Origin: Scenedesmus sp. PABB004
Lineage: Eukaryota
DNA: 64,000 nucleotides
NCBI GenBank assembly: GCA_014905635.1
Contig: JABVCE010000025.1
Span: 248,001 to 312,000 of the forward strand
Reading direction: 5' to 3'
Below are positions 49,673 through 61,715 of the stretch, one piece after another. The notes beneath the pieces were generated by a model, which had not been told where the DNA came from, ran no database searches, and saw only the letters and a program-made list of their open reading frames with translations. Numbering within the stretch: position 1 is the first letter of the stretch; the number at the start of each line of letters is the position of its first letter. The position numbers were made by a program, and so were the translations under genes.

Positions 49673-49922
49673 CGCTGGGCAGCGGCGCGTGCGGACGCTG
49701 CGTCGGCGGCGGGCGCGCGCGCAGCGGCGCGGCGCGCGGGCCTGCGCTCGGGGCGGGCTCCCTGGGTGTGTGGCCGCGCGTCCTGGTGGATGTGAGGGTC
49801 GCGGCGTGTGCCGAGGGGGCGGTTCAGCGACGGCGCCGGCAGCAGCGCAAGGCGCGCCGCCCCGCCCGCGCCGCTCACTCCCGCGCCGTCCGGGCGCCCA
49901 CGGCGCCCGAAATCGACGCTTG

Positions 49923-49975
49923 GGCGCGTCGTAGGCGCCGCCGTTGGGCGCGTCGTAGGCCGGCGCGTCGTAGGC
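49923..49975. repeat. Three copies of GGCGCGTCGTAGGC in the inverted-repeat spacer
   Basis: At 49923-49936, 49947-49960 and 49962-49975. Confidence 0.9.
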
Positions 49976-49996
49976 GCCGCTGCAGCGGGGGGCGCG

Positions 49997-52308
49997 ATGC
50001 TGGCGTTTGCCGACGCCGCTGCGGAGCGGGCGTTCCTGCTCGCGTGGGGCCGGCCGGTGGTGCTGTTCGACCTCTGCGCCCTCCTGCTCAACCTCTCGGC
50101 ACCGCTGGTGCGCCAACCACCGCTGACGGCGCTGTGGCCGCACGAGGCCGCGGAGCAGCTCTACGTGCGCGCTGCGCTCGCGCTGGCGGTGCTCGTGCTG
50201 TTCGCGGTGCTTGGGCACGAGCGCTACATCCTGCAGCGTGGCGCACACAGCGTCTGGAAGCGGGTGGTGATCGCGCTGTTCGTTTTCAGTGTGCGCCCCG
50301 GCGACTGCGGGGCGTGCGGCGCGATGTGGCGGCACCGGCTGCTGCCGATGCACCTGGCGGCGGCGCTCGGCCGCACGCCCGCCGCCTGGTACTGGGCCGG
50401 CGGCGTGGCGGCCTGGCTGGCGTCGACGGCGGTGGACGCGGCCGACCCCGGCGTGGGCTGCGGGCACTCGCTGCCCTGCCTTGCGGCGGCGCTGTGTGCG
50501 CGCGCGGCCGACCTGGGCGCCATGCTGCGCGCGACCGGCGCGGCGGCCGCCGCCGGCGCACGGGTGTTCCTGGTCGACGTGGTGCTGCCGGGCCTGGTGG
50601 GAACGTGGCTGGAGCTGCAGGCGCGCAGCGCGTGGGCCAGCCGCCGGCGCCAGCTGCTGCAGGCGCAGTGGAGCCTTGCCGCCGGCGCTGGCGAGAGCGC
50701 AGCGGCCAGCCTGGCGCCTGCGCAGGGGGAGGCGGCGCAGGGGCCAGCGGCACAGCCGCAGGGCCCACAGCAGCGTCAGCAGCCCCAGCAGCACCAGCAC
50801 CACCAGCAGCAGAGTCAGGGCCAGTCGGCCGCCAGCAAGCTGCAGCAGGTGCCAGCAGTGGGCGGCGGCTGCACCAAGGTGGCCACGAGCCAGGCGGCGG
50901 CCGCGACCGCTGGCAGTGGCATCACGGCAGCACAGCCGGCGCTGGCGAGCGCAGCGCCGGTGCCACCGCCGCCTGCCGCTGCCGAGCTGGCGCCCGCGGT
51001 CGCGCTGACCGGGCTGCCGGCTGAGACGCAGCACCCGCTGCTGTACCGCAGCCCCGTGGCCCGGCGGTGCGTGTCCCTCAAGATCAGCCAGCTGCTGGGC
51101 ATGGGTGAGTGGGGTCAGGCACGTCAGCGTGCGGGGCGCCGTGTGCGCAGCACACCGCCGCCCTCGGCGGCACACTCAGGGTCTGCCCTGCTGCCGCGCC
51201 GCAGGCCCCCATGAGCTGAAGCGCTTTGACGCCCAGCTGGCCGCCGCGCTGGAGGCGGCGGTCAGCGCGCCGCTGCTGGCGCGGCGCCCTGGCGCCAGCA
51301 GCAGCAGCAGCAGCGCCGCTGCCGCCGTGGTGGATGTCGCGGCCTTCAGCGGATGCCACCAGCTGGTGCTGCAGGTCGTGCTGCCGGCAGGCGCGGAGGG
51401 CGACGCCGCCAGCTGGCACGCGCGGGTGGAGCGTGCGGTGAGGGAGACGCTGGCCGACTGGCCTGGCTGCAGCCTGCTGGCCCTGGAGCTGGGCGACGCG
51501 GCTGCGCCCCAGCCGGACCAGCCGCCGCGGGGGCCTCACAGCGATGTCTTCCTGCAGCCGGCAGTGCTGGTGCAGCCGGGGAGCGCCAGCAGTGCCAGCA
51601 GCACCACCGGCGGCGGCGTGGCAGCGGCAGGGCAAGAGGCCGAGCTGCACATCACTGCGGCCGCCGCGCAGCGCCTGCGAGAGGCTGGCAACGGCAGCGT
51701 GCGCGTGGTCGTGGCCAGCGTGCTGCCTGACCAGCAGGCGCTGCTGCTGGACCGCACCTGGCCGCTGCCAGAGGCGGCTGTAGACGGCATGCGCCTGGCC
51801 CTGGGGCAGAGCCTCGGCGGCGGGGCCAGCGGCAGCGTCCGGCAGCTGCTGTCCGTGGTAGTGCTGGCCGGCACCGCAGCGGGCGCAGAGGCCGCTGCAG
51901 CAGAGGCGGCGGCGGGCGCGGCGCGCGCGGCCAACCCGCTGCCGGCGCGCGTGGTGGCTCAGCTGCCGCTGCTGGTGCTGCCGGCTGGGGCGGCAGGGGA
52001 GGTGCAGGAGCTGTGTGCGCAGCGGCTGGCGGCGGGGCGGGAGCCGAGCGCAGCGTACCAGGAGCTGCTGCCACTGCTGCGCGACTGGGCGGCGCTCATG
52101 TGTCTGCGCGCGCGCGGCGCCGTCACAGCCCAGCAGCAGGACCTGGGCCAGGCGGTGGCGGACGCGCTGTGGGCCTGCTTCAAGGCGCAGGACATGCGGC
52201 ACTGCAAGCGCCTACTGCTGCAGGGCGCGCCCGCGGGGCCGGCGGCTGCGCAGCCCAGCAGCGGCGCTGCGCCGCATGCGCATGGCTCGGCGCTGCCGGC
52301 GACGGCAC

Positions 52309-52368
<60 letters not shown>

Positions 52369-53202
52369 GGGCCGATGATGCCTGCAGCGGTTGCGGCGGC
52401 TGCGGCACTGCCAAGGGCGGGAGCAGCTCGGCGCCTCTCGGCGACAGCCTGGGCGCGACGTCGGCAGCGCCGCCGCTGGGCCGGCGCAGCCCCGGCGGGG
52501 GCGGCTTCCCACCTGGCGCGCTGCGCGTGAGCCTTCGCAGCCTGCTGCTTGGTTTCCCCTCGCCCGCGGCGGAGGCCGCGTACCAGGCCTTCCAGGACGG
52601 CGCGCTGCTGCGCCACAACTGCCTCAGCATGGCCTGCTTCGTCGCGCTGGCTGCCGCGTGCGTGGTCAAGCTCGCGCTCGCGGCGGCCAGTGGCGCGCCC
52701 GTGCAGGAGGTGCGCGTTTGCGGCGCTGCGTGCGCTGGCCATGTGCATCTACGCCGCGGCCACGGTGCTCGTGTGGGGCGCCGCCGGCCTGGCCGCGCAG
52801 CCGCGCTGGCGCCGCCAGCGCGCGCTGCTCCTGTGCGTGCGGCGCTGGCGCTGCAGCCTCCTCGTCGCGGCCGCTGTGCTGGCGCCGAGCACGATGTTTG
52901 TGTGCCGGCTGGCGGGACCGGCGTGGGCGGCCGCCGGCGGCGTGGCTGCGCGCATGTATGTGGCCAGCGAGCGGTCGACCGTGTTCCTCGTGTTCCGGCA
53001 CCTCGTCAAGCCGCTGCAGCTGCGCGCGGGGCTGCTGCCGGCCGCACTGTTTTTCACCGCAATACTGGTCATGGACGTTTGCGGTCACGGCGTCTCGCTG
53101 CCGACCTCGGCGACCGCGGCCGCGGCGGGGCTGACGCTGACGGCCTGGCTGGAGGCTGGCCAGCGCCGCGCGTTTGCGCGGCACGCGGTCTCGCGTGCGT
53201 GA
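49997..53202 (+). CDS. Hypothetical multi-pass membrane protein, copy 2 (inverted-repeat gene)
   Basis: ATG at 49997 (MLAFADAAAERAF); intron 51105-51204 restores LLGMGPHELK; probable intron 52710-52800; ends WLEAGQRRAFARHAVSRA*. Confidence 0.72.
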
Positions 53203-53382
53203 GGCGGCCGTCGCGGCTGCAGTGCTGTTGCAAGTTGCCGGCTGATTGAGGCAAGCTGCGGGCGCAGGCCTTTGCTTGCAGTTGCATGGCGCGTCACTTG
53301 CGCGCGCGTGCGTGCTGCGCCAGCCGCCAAACGAGTAACAGTTGAGTTGCCCGCCACGCACAGCCTGGCCGAGCACACGCGC
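50326..53382. repeat. Right arm of the large inverted repeat
   Basis: Reverse complement of 46440-49276. Confidence 0.95.
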
Positions 53383-53434
53383 TGCAGGCGGCTCGCCGCG
53401 CCGCGCCGCCGCGCCGCGCGGCCCCCGCGGCGCG

Positions 53435-54553
53435 TCACATCTCTGCCTTAAAGCTCGCGAGCAGCTCGGGGTCGCCGAAGCGGCGCGGGAAGCACGCGCG
53501 CGCGGCGAGGTACGCGACGCCGAGCAGCAGGCTCGCGCCGCCGGTCGCGAGGTAGGCGATGCCCAGGAAGGGGTTGCGCCCGCCGAGCCAGTCGGTCGTG
53601 CCGAGCACGACGCTCTTCTTGCCGGCAAAGGAGTAGGAGTTCCAGCGGTTGGACACCGTGATGTTGACGACGTCGCCCGCGAAGAGCGTCTCGTCGAGGC
53701 GGCCCCAGAGCTTGCGGAAGCGCGGCAGCGCGGCGGTGCGCATCCAGACCATGAAGCGCTCGTCGGCGTTGACGTCGAGCAGCGGCGCGCCCGGCGCGCT
53801 CGTGTTGGTGAGGTTGCCGCCGCCGCGCTCCGCGTTGAGCAGGGGGTTGAAGAAGCGCGGCTTGTACGCGCCGAAGCGGTGCCGCACGTCCGAGGGCAGC
53901 GCGATGCCGCGCTCCGACACGGGCAGCGCCTGCGACGCCTCGCCCTCGGGCAGGCTGCCCGCGACGCGCAAGAGGCGGAAGGTGTCGTTGAAGTTGCTCC
54001 ACGCGACGAGCCCGCACGGGTTGATGACCGCCGCGGGGTCGCCGCCGTAGTGCAGCTCCGGCGCGCACGCCGCGAGGTCGGCGTCGCTTGCGTTGCGGCC
54101 CGCGAGCTGCACGTCGCTGCGCGACTTGACGTAGCGCCGGTGGTTCTGGTACACGCCGTCGAGCTCGTAGTACACGTACACGGGCTTGCGCATCGTGCGG
54201 CCGATCGTCACGCTCAGCGTGCACGCGAGCGCGGCCTCGTTGATGCCCTCGGGGCCCTGGTTGGCGTGCAGCCACGCCTGCGCGGCCGCCGCGTCGAGCC
54301 CGCGCGCGCACGCGTCGTCGTAGCGCAGGACCACCTCCACGGGGCGCAGCCCGTACACGAGGCACACCGCGCCGACGGGGATGAGCACAAACGCGATCGC
54401 GGCAAAGATGAACGTCGCCCACGTCGCGTCGAGCACGGGCTTGCACGCCGCGAGCTCCTGCTGCGTGAGGCGCGTGTAGCGCGGCTCCTTGGTCGCCGCC
54501 GCCTTGCTCGGCGCGCCGCCCGAGCCGCCCTCGCTGCCGCCGCGCCGCATCAT
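53435..54553 (-). CDS. CDC50: CDC50/LEM3/ALIS P4-ATPase flippase beta subunit (no intron in the CDS)
   Basis: [93 protein letters not shown]. Confidence 0.95.
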   Translation of the reverse strand: MMRRGGSEGGSGGAPSKAAATKEPRYTRLTQQELAACKPVLDATWATFIFAAIAFVLIPVGAVCLVYGLRPVEVVLRYDDACARGLDAAAAQAWLHANQGPEGINEAALACTLSVTIGRTMRKPVYVYYELDGVYQNHRRYVKSRSDVQLAGRNASDADLAACAPELHYGGDPAAVINPCGLVAWSNFNDTFRLLRVAGSLPEGEASQALPVSERGIALPSDVRHRFGAYKPRFFNPLLNAERGGGNLTNTSAPGAPLLDVNADERFMVWMRTAALPRFRKLWGRLDETLFAGDVVNITVSNRWNSYSFAGKKSVVLGTTDWLGGRNPFLGIAYLATGGASLLLGVAYLAARACFPRRFGDPELLASFKAEM

Positions 54554-55088
54554 GGCGCCGCCGCGCACGCGGGCGCCGGCGGGGCGGCGCAACCGCTGCG
54601 GCGCGCGTCCGCTGCTGCTCCGGCGCGCGGGGGGCGTGCGCGCCCGCCGTGCGCTGCCGCCGCCGCGCCGGCCGGGCACCGGGCCGCCCTGGCGGCGCCG
54701 GGCGTGGAGGGGCGCCGCGGGGGCGCCGGGGGGCGCGTGCGTGGGGCGCGGGTCAGCGAGCTGCTCGCGGGCAGCAGCAGGCCCCGGGGCGAGGGCTGGT
54801 CGGCTGGCCACGCTGCGGCGCTGAGCGGGACGGGGGGCACGGGAGGGAGGTGGGACTGGCGGCTGAGCGGCGGGCGCGGTGCATGTGGCACGCCCTGGAC
54901 CGCGAACAGCGCCCGTTCGCCTGCTGCGTCCAGGTGCACGGCACCTCGCGCCCGCAGCGCCCCGACCACGCAGCTGTCCCGCCGCTCGTCCTTCCGCGCC
55001 CGCCCGCTCGACGTGCGCGTGCCGCCCTGGGGCGCTGCAGTCGCTCGACGGTCGCAGACGCCGATTCCTCACAATCCGGGGCCCCACA

Positions 55089-57514
55089 ATGGCCGGCGTC
55101 AGCGTGGAGGAGGCCAAGGCCCTCATCTGCGACCTGTGTGCCAACTTTTACAAGCAGGGCTGGGTCAGCGGCACCGGCGGCGGCATCAGCATGAAGGCAG
55201 CCGACGGCCGCATCGTCATGGCCCCCAGCGGCGTGCAGAAGGAGCGCATGACGCCGGAGGACATGTTCGTGCTCGACGCGACCGGCGCCGTGCTGCACAC
55301 GCCCGCCGCCAAGCCGCCGCCGGCGCGGCCGCCGAAGCTGTCGGAGTGTGCGCCCCTCTTCACGGCGGTGCGGGGCCCGCGGCGCGCCCATTGGGCCGCC
55401 ACCGCGCCAGCCAAGGCCCCGGTCGCGCGTGGGGGACGCCCGCGGGCCCACGCGCGGGCCCACGCGAGCTCACACGCGCGGCCCACGCCCACGCGCGCGG
55501 CTCCCGCGCGCAGGCGTACGAGCTCCGCGACGCGGGCGCGGTGCTGCACAGCCACAGCCTCGCGGCGGTCATGGCCACGATGCTGGACCCCGCGGCCAGC
55601 GAGTTCCGCGTCACGCACCTGGAGATGATCAAGGCGCGCGACGCAGCAGCACAGCAGCACAGCGCGCGGCGCCGCCGCTGTGTGCTGCGCGGCGGCGGCG
55701 CCGCCGCTGCGCCGCACCCCGCGAGCCGCCGCGCCGCGCCGCGGCGCAGGGCATCGAGGGCCACGGCTTCTACGGCAACTGCGTTGTCCCCATCATCGAG
55801 AACACGGCGCGCGAGTGCGAGCTGACCGACCGCCTGCGCCAGGCGATCGCCGAGTACCCGGCCGCCAACGCGGTGCTCGTGCGCCGCCACGGTGCGCCCC
55901 GCCGCCTGGGGGCGCAAGCTCACGGCCAGCTGCCGCGCGCGCGCGCGCGCGCCCGCTGCGCTCTCGCGCGCGCCGTCGCACCGCGCGCGCCTGGCACCGC
56001 TCTCCCCCGCCGACCCGCCCCGCCGGCCCGCCCGCGGCGCCAGGCGTGTACGTGTGGGGGCGGGACTGGATCGCCGCCAAGACGCAGGCCGAGTGCTACG
56101 ACTACCTCTTCCAGGCCGCGGTGCAGATGGCCCAGCTCGGGCTCAACGCGAGCGTGCCGCCGCCGCCGCCGCCGCTCGACGGCAAGCGCGGCCTGCCGTC
56201 GGAGAACGGCGCCGCGGCGCACGCGGCAGGTGCGGCGCGGCGCGGCGGCGGCCCCGCGCGGCGCGGCCGGCGGCCGCCGCGGCCGCGCTCACTCGCCCCG
56301 CCCGCCGCGCCGCAGTCGGCAACGGCGCCGCCGCGGCGCCGCGCGCCAAGCGCGCGCGGCTGGGCGCGGCGCCGCCCGCGGCGGTCGTTCTGGACATTGA
56401 GGGCACCGTCGCGCCGATCTCGTTCGTCGCGGAGACCATGTTTCCCTACGCGCGCGACCACGTCGCGGCGCACCTCGCGGCCGCCTGGGGCAGCGCCGAG
56501 GCGGCGGCCGACGTCGCGGCGGTGCGCGCGCAGGCGGCCGAGGACGGGGCGCCCATCCCCGACGACGCCGCGGGGCGCGACGCTGTGATCGCGGGCGTCG
56601 TGGCCTGGGTGCACGCCGCCATCGCGGCGGACCGCAAGGTCGGCGCGCTGAAGCAGCTGCAGGGCCACGTCTGGCGCGCGGGCTTCCGCAGCGGCAAGAT
56701 CGTGGCGCAGCTGTTCAGGCGCGCGCGCGGGGGCCGCGGCGCGCGGCGCGGGGCACAGCGCGGGGGGCGCGCGGGCGGGGGCGCCGCCGCGGTGGCGGCC
56801 CGCCGACGCGCCGCCAGCGCGCGCCCGCCCCAGGGACGTGCCGGACGCGCTGGCCGAGTGGCGCAACGCCGGCGTGCGCACCTACATCTACAGCAGCGGC
56901 AGCCGCGAGGCGCAGGTGCGGGCGGCGGCGGCCGGCGCGCGGCGCGGCGCGGCGCGGCGGGCCGCGCCGGCCGGGCGGCGGGGCGCGCGGCGCGGCGCTG
57001 CGCCGCGAACGCTGCGAGTGTTCCACCGCCGGGCGTCTGCGCGCCTGCCGCTCCGCGCTCCGCTCCGCTCCGCTCCGCCCGGCCGCAGCACCTCTTCTTC
57101 GGCCACAGCCAGGCGGGCGACCTGCGGCCCTACCTGTGCGGCTACTTTGACACGACCTCGGGGCCCAAGGCCGACGCCGCGAGCTACGCCAACATCCAGC
57201 TCACGCTCGGCGTGGACGAGCCGTCGCAGGCGCGCCTCGCCGCGCGCCGCGCCGCGCCCGCGGCCGCGGCCGTCCGACGGGCGCCCTGCCCCCGCGCGCC
57301 GCGCGCGCGCGTCGCGCGTCGCGCGCGCCTCACGCCGCGCCGCCGCGCCGCCGCGCAGGTGGTGTTTGCGACGGACGTCCTCGCCGAGGCGCAGGCGGCC
57401 GCCGCGGCGGGCTGGCGCGCGGTGCTGGTGTCGCGGCCGGGCAACAAGGCGCTGCCGGTAGGCCACGGCTTCCGCGTCGTCGAGTCGATGGCCGCGCTGC
57501 TCGACGACTGCTGA
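55089..57514 (+). CDS. DEP1: Bifunctional methylthioribulose-1-phosphate dehydratase / enolase-phosphatase E1 (methionine salvage)
   Basis: MtnB motifs [53 protein letters not shown]/MtnC motifs [50 protein letters not shown]. Confidence 0.95.
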
Positions 57515-57764
57515 CGCCGCGCCAGCGCGCGCGCGGCCCCGGCGCACCCGCGCAGCACGCGCGCGGCCGGCGCGCCCGCGCGTCGGCAGCGGGCCTGGGG
57601 CCGGTAATCGCCTGGGCGTCGCGCCCACGCAAGCCCGCGGCCGGCGCCGCGGCCCAGCGCCCAAAGCCCCGCGCCCCGCGGCGCCCCGCGCCGCCGCTGC
57701 CACCGCCGCACGCCGCCGCCGCCCCGCCCACTCCGCCGCGCCCCCGCCTGCCCCTCCGCGCACC

Positions 57765-60700
57765 ATGGCCACCTCCATGGCGACCCGCAACGTCGCTGCG
57801 CAGCGCAGCGCCGCTGGCGCGCGCCAGGCCGCGCCGCGCGCCCCCGCTCGCGCGGGCGCGCTCGTCTGTAACGCCAGCCTGGCCCTGCCGCGCGCCGGCG
57901 GCGCCGGCCTGGGCTGCTGCGTGGAGCGCGCCGTGCGCGTGGCGAGGTGCGCGCGGGCCGGGGGCGGGGCAGCGCCCGATGGCAGCGATCGTCGCGCCCC
58001 CCGCGCCCTGCGCGCGCCGCGGGCCGCGGAGCGGCGCCCAGTGCCCCCCATTGGCGCCGCCAGGCGCCCCCCCATTGCCGCAGCGGCGCCCGGGCGCCCC
58101 GGCAGCGCGGGGCGGGGTGGGCGGACAGTTGCGGCCGCTCCCGGCGCCCACGGCCCGCCCCCTGTCGCGGCGCCCGCAGGACCGGCGGCCGGCGGCTGTC
58201 CCGCGCCAACCGCGCCACCGTGGTGGCCGCGGCGGGCGGCAAGTTCGACTATGACCTGGTCATCATCGGCTGCGGCGTGGGCGGCCACGGCGCCGCGCTG
58301 CACGCGGTGGAGCAGGTGGGAGCGAGGGCCGGAGCCCGGCGCAGCGAGCCCGCGCCGGCGGGCGGGCTGGGGGGCCGCGCGCGGGGGCGCGGCAGCGCGA
58401 GCGCGGCGCCGCCGCTGCTGCCGACGCTGCTGCCGCCGCCGCCGCCGCCCGCCGCGCCCGGGGCGGCCTCCCGCGCGCAGGGCATGAAGGTCGCGGTCAT
58501 CGAGGGCCACGACATCGGCGGCACGTGCGTCAACCGCGGCTGCGTGCCGTCCAAGGCGCTGCTCGCGGCGTCGGGGCGCGTGCGCGAGATGAAGAACGAG
58601 ATGCACATGAAGAGCATGGGCATCCAGGTGCGCGGCAATGGTGGCAGCGGCAGCGGCGGCAGCAGCAGCAGCAGCAGCAGCTCGGGGCGCGCGCGCGGCG
58701 CGGTGCGGCGCGGCGAGCCCACAGCGCGCGCGCCGCCCGCTGCCCGCGACTGTCGGCGCAGGTCGGCGCCGTGAGCTTCGACCGCCAGGGCGTGGCCGAC
58801 CACGCGACGCAGCTGGCCAACGCCATCCAGGGCAACCTCAAGCGCAGCCTGGAGGCGCTCGGCGTGGTGCGCGTGGCCCCGCGCCGCGCGGCGCCGCGCG
58901 GTCGCAGGCGGCCAGAGCGGCTGCCGCCAGCGGCAGCCGGCCCCGCTGCCGCGCCGCCCGCCGCCGCCCGCCGACGCGCCTTGCGCGCGCCACGCACCGC
59001 GCGCCGCCTTTGCAGGACATCCTGATCGGCCAGGCCAAGTTTGTGGACGCGCACACGATCAAGTACGGCCTGCCCGGCCGCGTCGACGTCGGCGGCCAGG
59101 TCACGGCCAAGGACGTGATCATCGCCACCGGCAGCGTGCCCTTCGTGCCCCCGGGTGCGACGCGCGCGGCGCGTGGCGCGCGTGCACACGCGGCGCGCGC
59201 CCGCCGCCGCGCCGCGCCCCTCGCCGCGCCCCACGCCTCACGCCGCGCGCCGCGCGCCGCGCCGCCGCGGCCGCCGCCGCGGCCGCCAGGCATCCCGATC
59301 GACGGCAAGACCGTGTTTACGAGCGACCACGCGCTCAAGCTCGAGTGGCTGCCGCAGTGGATCGCGATCATCGGGTCGGGCTACATCGGGCTCGAGTTCA
59401 GCGACGTCTACACCGCGCTCGGCTGCGAGGTCACGTTCATCGAGGTGCGGGCGCAGGGTTTAACAGGGCCAGGGCCGCGCGGCGCGGGCTGCGGCCCGCC
59501 CTGCCCTGTGGCCCGCCGCGCCGCCGCCGCCGCCGTGCTGCGCGCCGCGCGCCCGAGCGCCTGCCTGACCCGCCTGACTCGCCCGCGCCGCCTCCTCCCC
59601 CGCGCCCGCGCCCGCGCCTCCTGCCCTGCTATCGCCCAGGCGATGGACAAGATCATGCCCGGCTTTGACACCGAGATCGCGCGCATGGCCGAGCGCCTGC
59701 TCATCAAGGGCCGCCCGATCGACTACCACACCGGCGTCATCGCGACCAAGGTCACGCCCGGCGTGCCCGGCGTCAAGCCCGTGCTCATCGAGCTCACCGG
59801 TGCGGCGGCGCGCGGCGGCGCGGCGGCGCGCGGCGGGGGCGGCGCCGCCGCGCTCGCGCGCTGCCCTGCCCGCTCACCGTCGCGCCGCCGCCGCTCACCG
59901 TCGACCCGTCTCCAGACTTTAAGACCAAGAAGGTCGTCGACACGCTCGAGGTGGACGCCTGCATGGTCGCCACCGGCCGCGCGCCCTACACCAACGGCGC
60001 GTGCCCGCCGCGGCTGGCGCGCGCGCGCGGGCAGGGGACGGCAGCAGCAGCAGCAGCAGCGGCGGCAGCTGACGCGCGCCCGCACCTGCCCGCACTGCGC
60101 CGCACCCTGCGTCACCGCACCGCGCAGGCCTCAACCTGGAGGCGATCGGTGCGGAGACCGACCGCCGCGGCTTTGTGCCGGTGAGCGAGAAGATGGAGGT
60201 CCTCGGCAAGGACGGCAAGCCCGTGCCGGGCGTGTACTGCATCGGCGACGCCAACGGCAAGTACATGCTCGCCCACGCCGCGAGCGCGCAGGTGAGCAGA
60301 GGGGCGCGGCGCGGCGCGCGCGGGAGGCGCGGGAGGCGACGCGGCGCGGGCACGGCAGCGGCGGCGCGGCGGCACGGCGCGGCGCGTTGCTGTATCGCTG
60401 ATCCTGCCTCGCCCCGCCCGCGCCCGTCCGTGCCTGCGCAGGGCATCAGCGCGGTGGAGAACATGCTGGGCCGGCCCAACGTGCTCAACCACCTCTCCAT
60501 CCCGGCCGCGTGCTTCACGCACCCCGAGGTCTCCTTTGTCGGCGTCACGCAGGACAAGGCCGAGGAGATGGCCAAGGAGGGCGGCTTCAAGCTCGGCGTC
60601 GCCAAGACGAGCTTCAAGGCCAACTCCAAGGCGCGCCTGCTGGCCGCGGGGCGGGGGGCGCGTGCGTCAGCCGCGTCGCGCGCCCCTGTGCCGGGCCCTG

Positions 60701-61199
60701 CGCGCGCGCATCGCCCACGCCCCCGCGCCGCCGCCGCCGCCGCCGCCGCTGCCGCTGCCGGCACCGCCGCTGCCGCCACGTGCAGGCGCTGGCTGAGAAG
60801 GAGGGCGAGGGCATGGCCAAGATGCTGTACCGCAAGGACACGGGCGAGATCCTGGGCGTGCACATCATCGGCCTGCACGCCGCCGACCTCATCCACGAGG
60901 CCTCCAACGCGATCGCGACCAAGCAGACCGTGCAGGCGCGCGCCGGCGCGGCGCGGCGGCGCCACGCACCGCCTGGCGGCCGGCCGAGCAAAGGCAGCGC
61001 GTGCGCGCTCACCCGCCCGCCCGCTGTCTCCCGCGTGCTGCTGCTGCTGTCTGACGGACAGGACATCAAGTTCAACGTGCACGCCCACCCCACGCTGAGC
61101 GAGGTGCTGGACGAGCTGTTCAAGCAGGCGCACGTGGAGCCCGCGAGCAGCAGCAGCGCAGCCGCCAAGCCGGCCGCGAAGCAGCCCGTGGCCGCCTGA
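57765..61199 (+). CDS. Plastid dihydrolipoyl dehydrogenase (E3), cyanobacterial type
   Basis: [78 protein letters not shown]; transit-like N-terminus. Confidence 0.95.
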
Positions 61200-61715
61200 A
61201 CCGCGGGCCAGGGCGGCGCGGCGCCCGCGGGCACGCCAGACGCGGCGCCAGACGCGGCGCCAGCGGCAGCGGCAGAACCCGCGGCGGCTGCGGCAGTGCC
61301 AGCGGCAGCGGCAGAACCCGTGGCGCCAGGGGCGGCTCCCCCGTCTGCGCCCGCGGCGGCTCCGGCAGCTCCAACGGCGCCCGAGGCGGCGCGCGCTGCT
61401 GCCGAGCAGGCTGCGGCGCAGCTGCAGGAGCTGCTGGGCCGCCTGCGGCGCGGCCTGGGGCTGGGCGAGTGAGCAGCAGGAAAAGGCACCAGCCTCCTTC
61501 CTGCGCGGAGACGCAGCACACACATACGTGTTGGCGCGACGCGGCGCACGAGCTGCACGCGGGCGTGTGGGGGGCCGGGCCGCGCCCGCGCGCGCGCCAG
61601 TGCGGCGCGGGCGGGCGCGGCCTGGTCGGGGCTTGGGCGGCCGGGGACGGCAGCACTGACCGGGAGCGAGAGAGCGGCTGTAACTGGGCATTACCGCAAT
61701 GCGACGCGGCGCGCG

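Noticed and set aside
46440..53382. Inverted repeat as a DNA transposon or foldback element
   Set aside because: No transposase and no sharp termini or target-site duplication seen; the arms are gene bodies.
55089..57514. MtnB-MtnC fusion as a novelty
   Set aside because: This is the established plant/green-algal DEP1 architecture.
17695..57514. Methionine-metabolism gene cluster (CBL and DEP1)
   Set aside because: The genes are over 30 kb apart with many unrelated genes between them.
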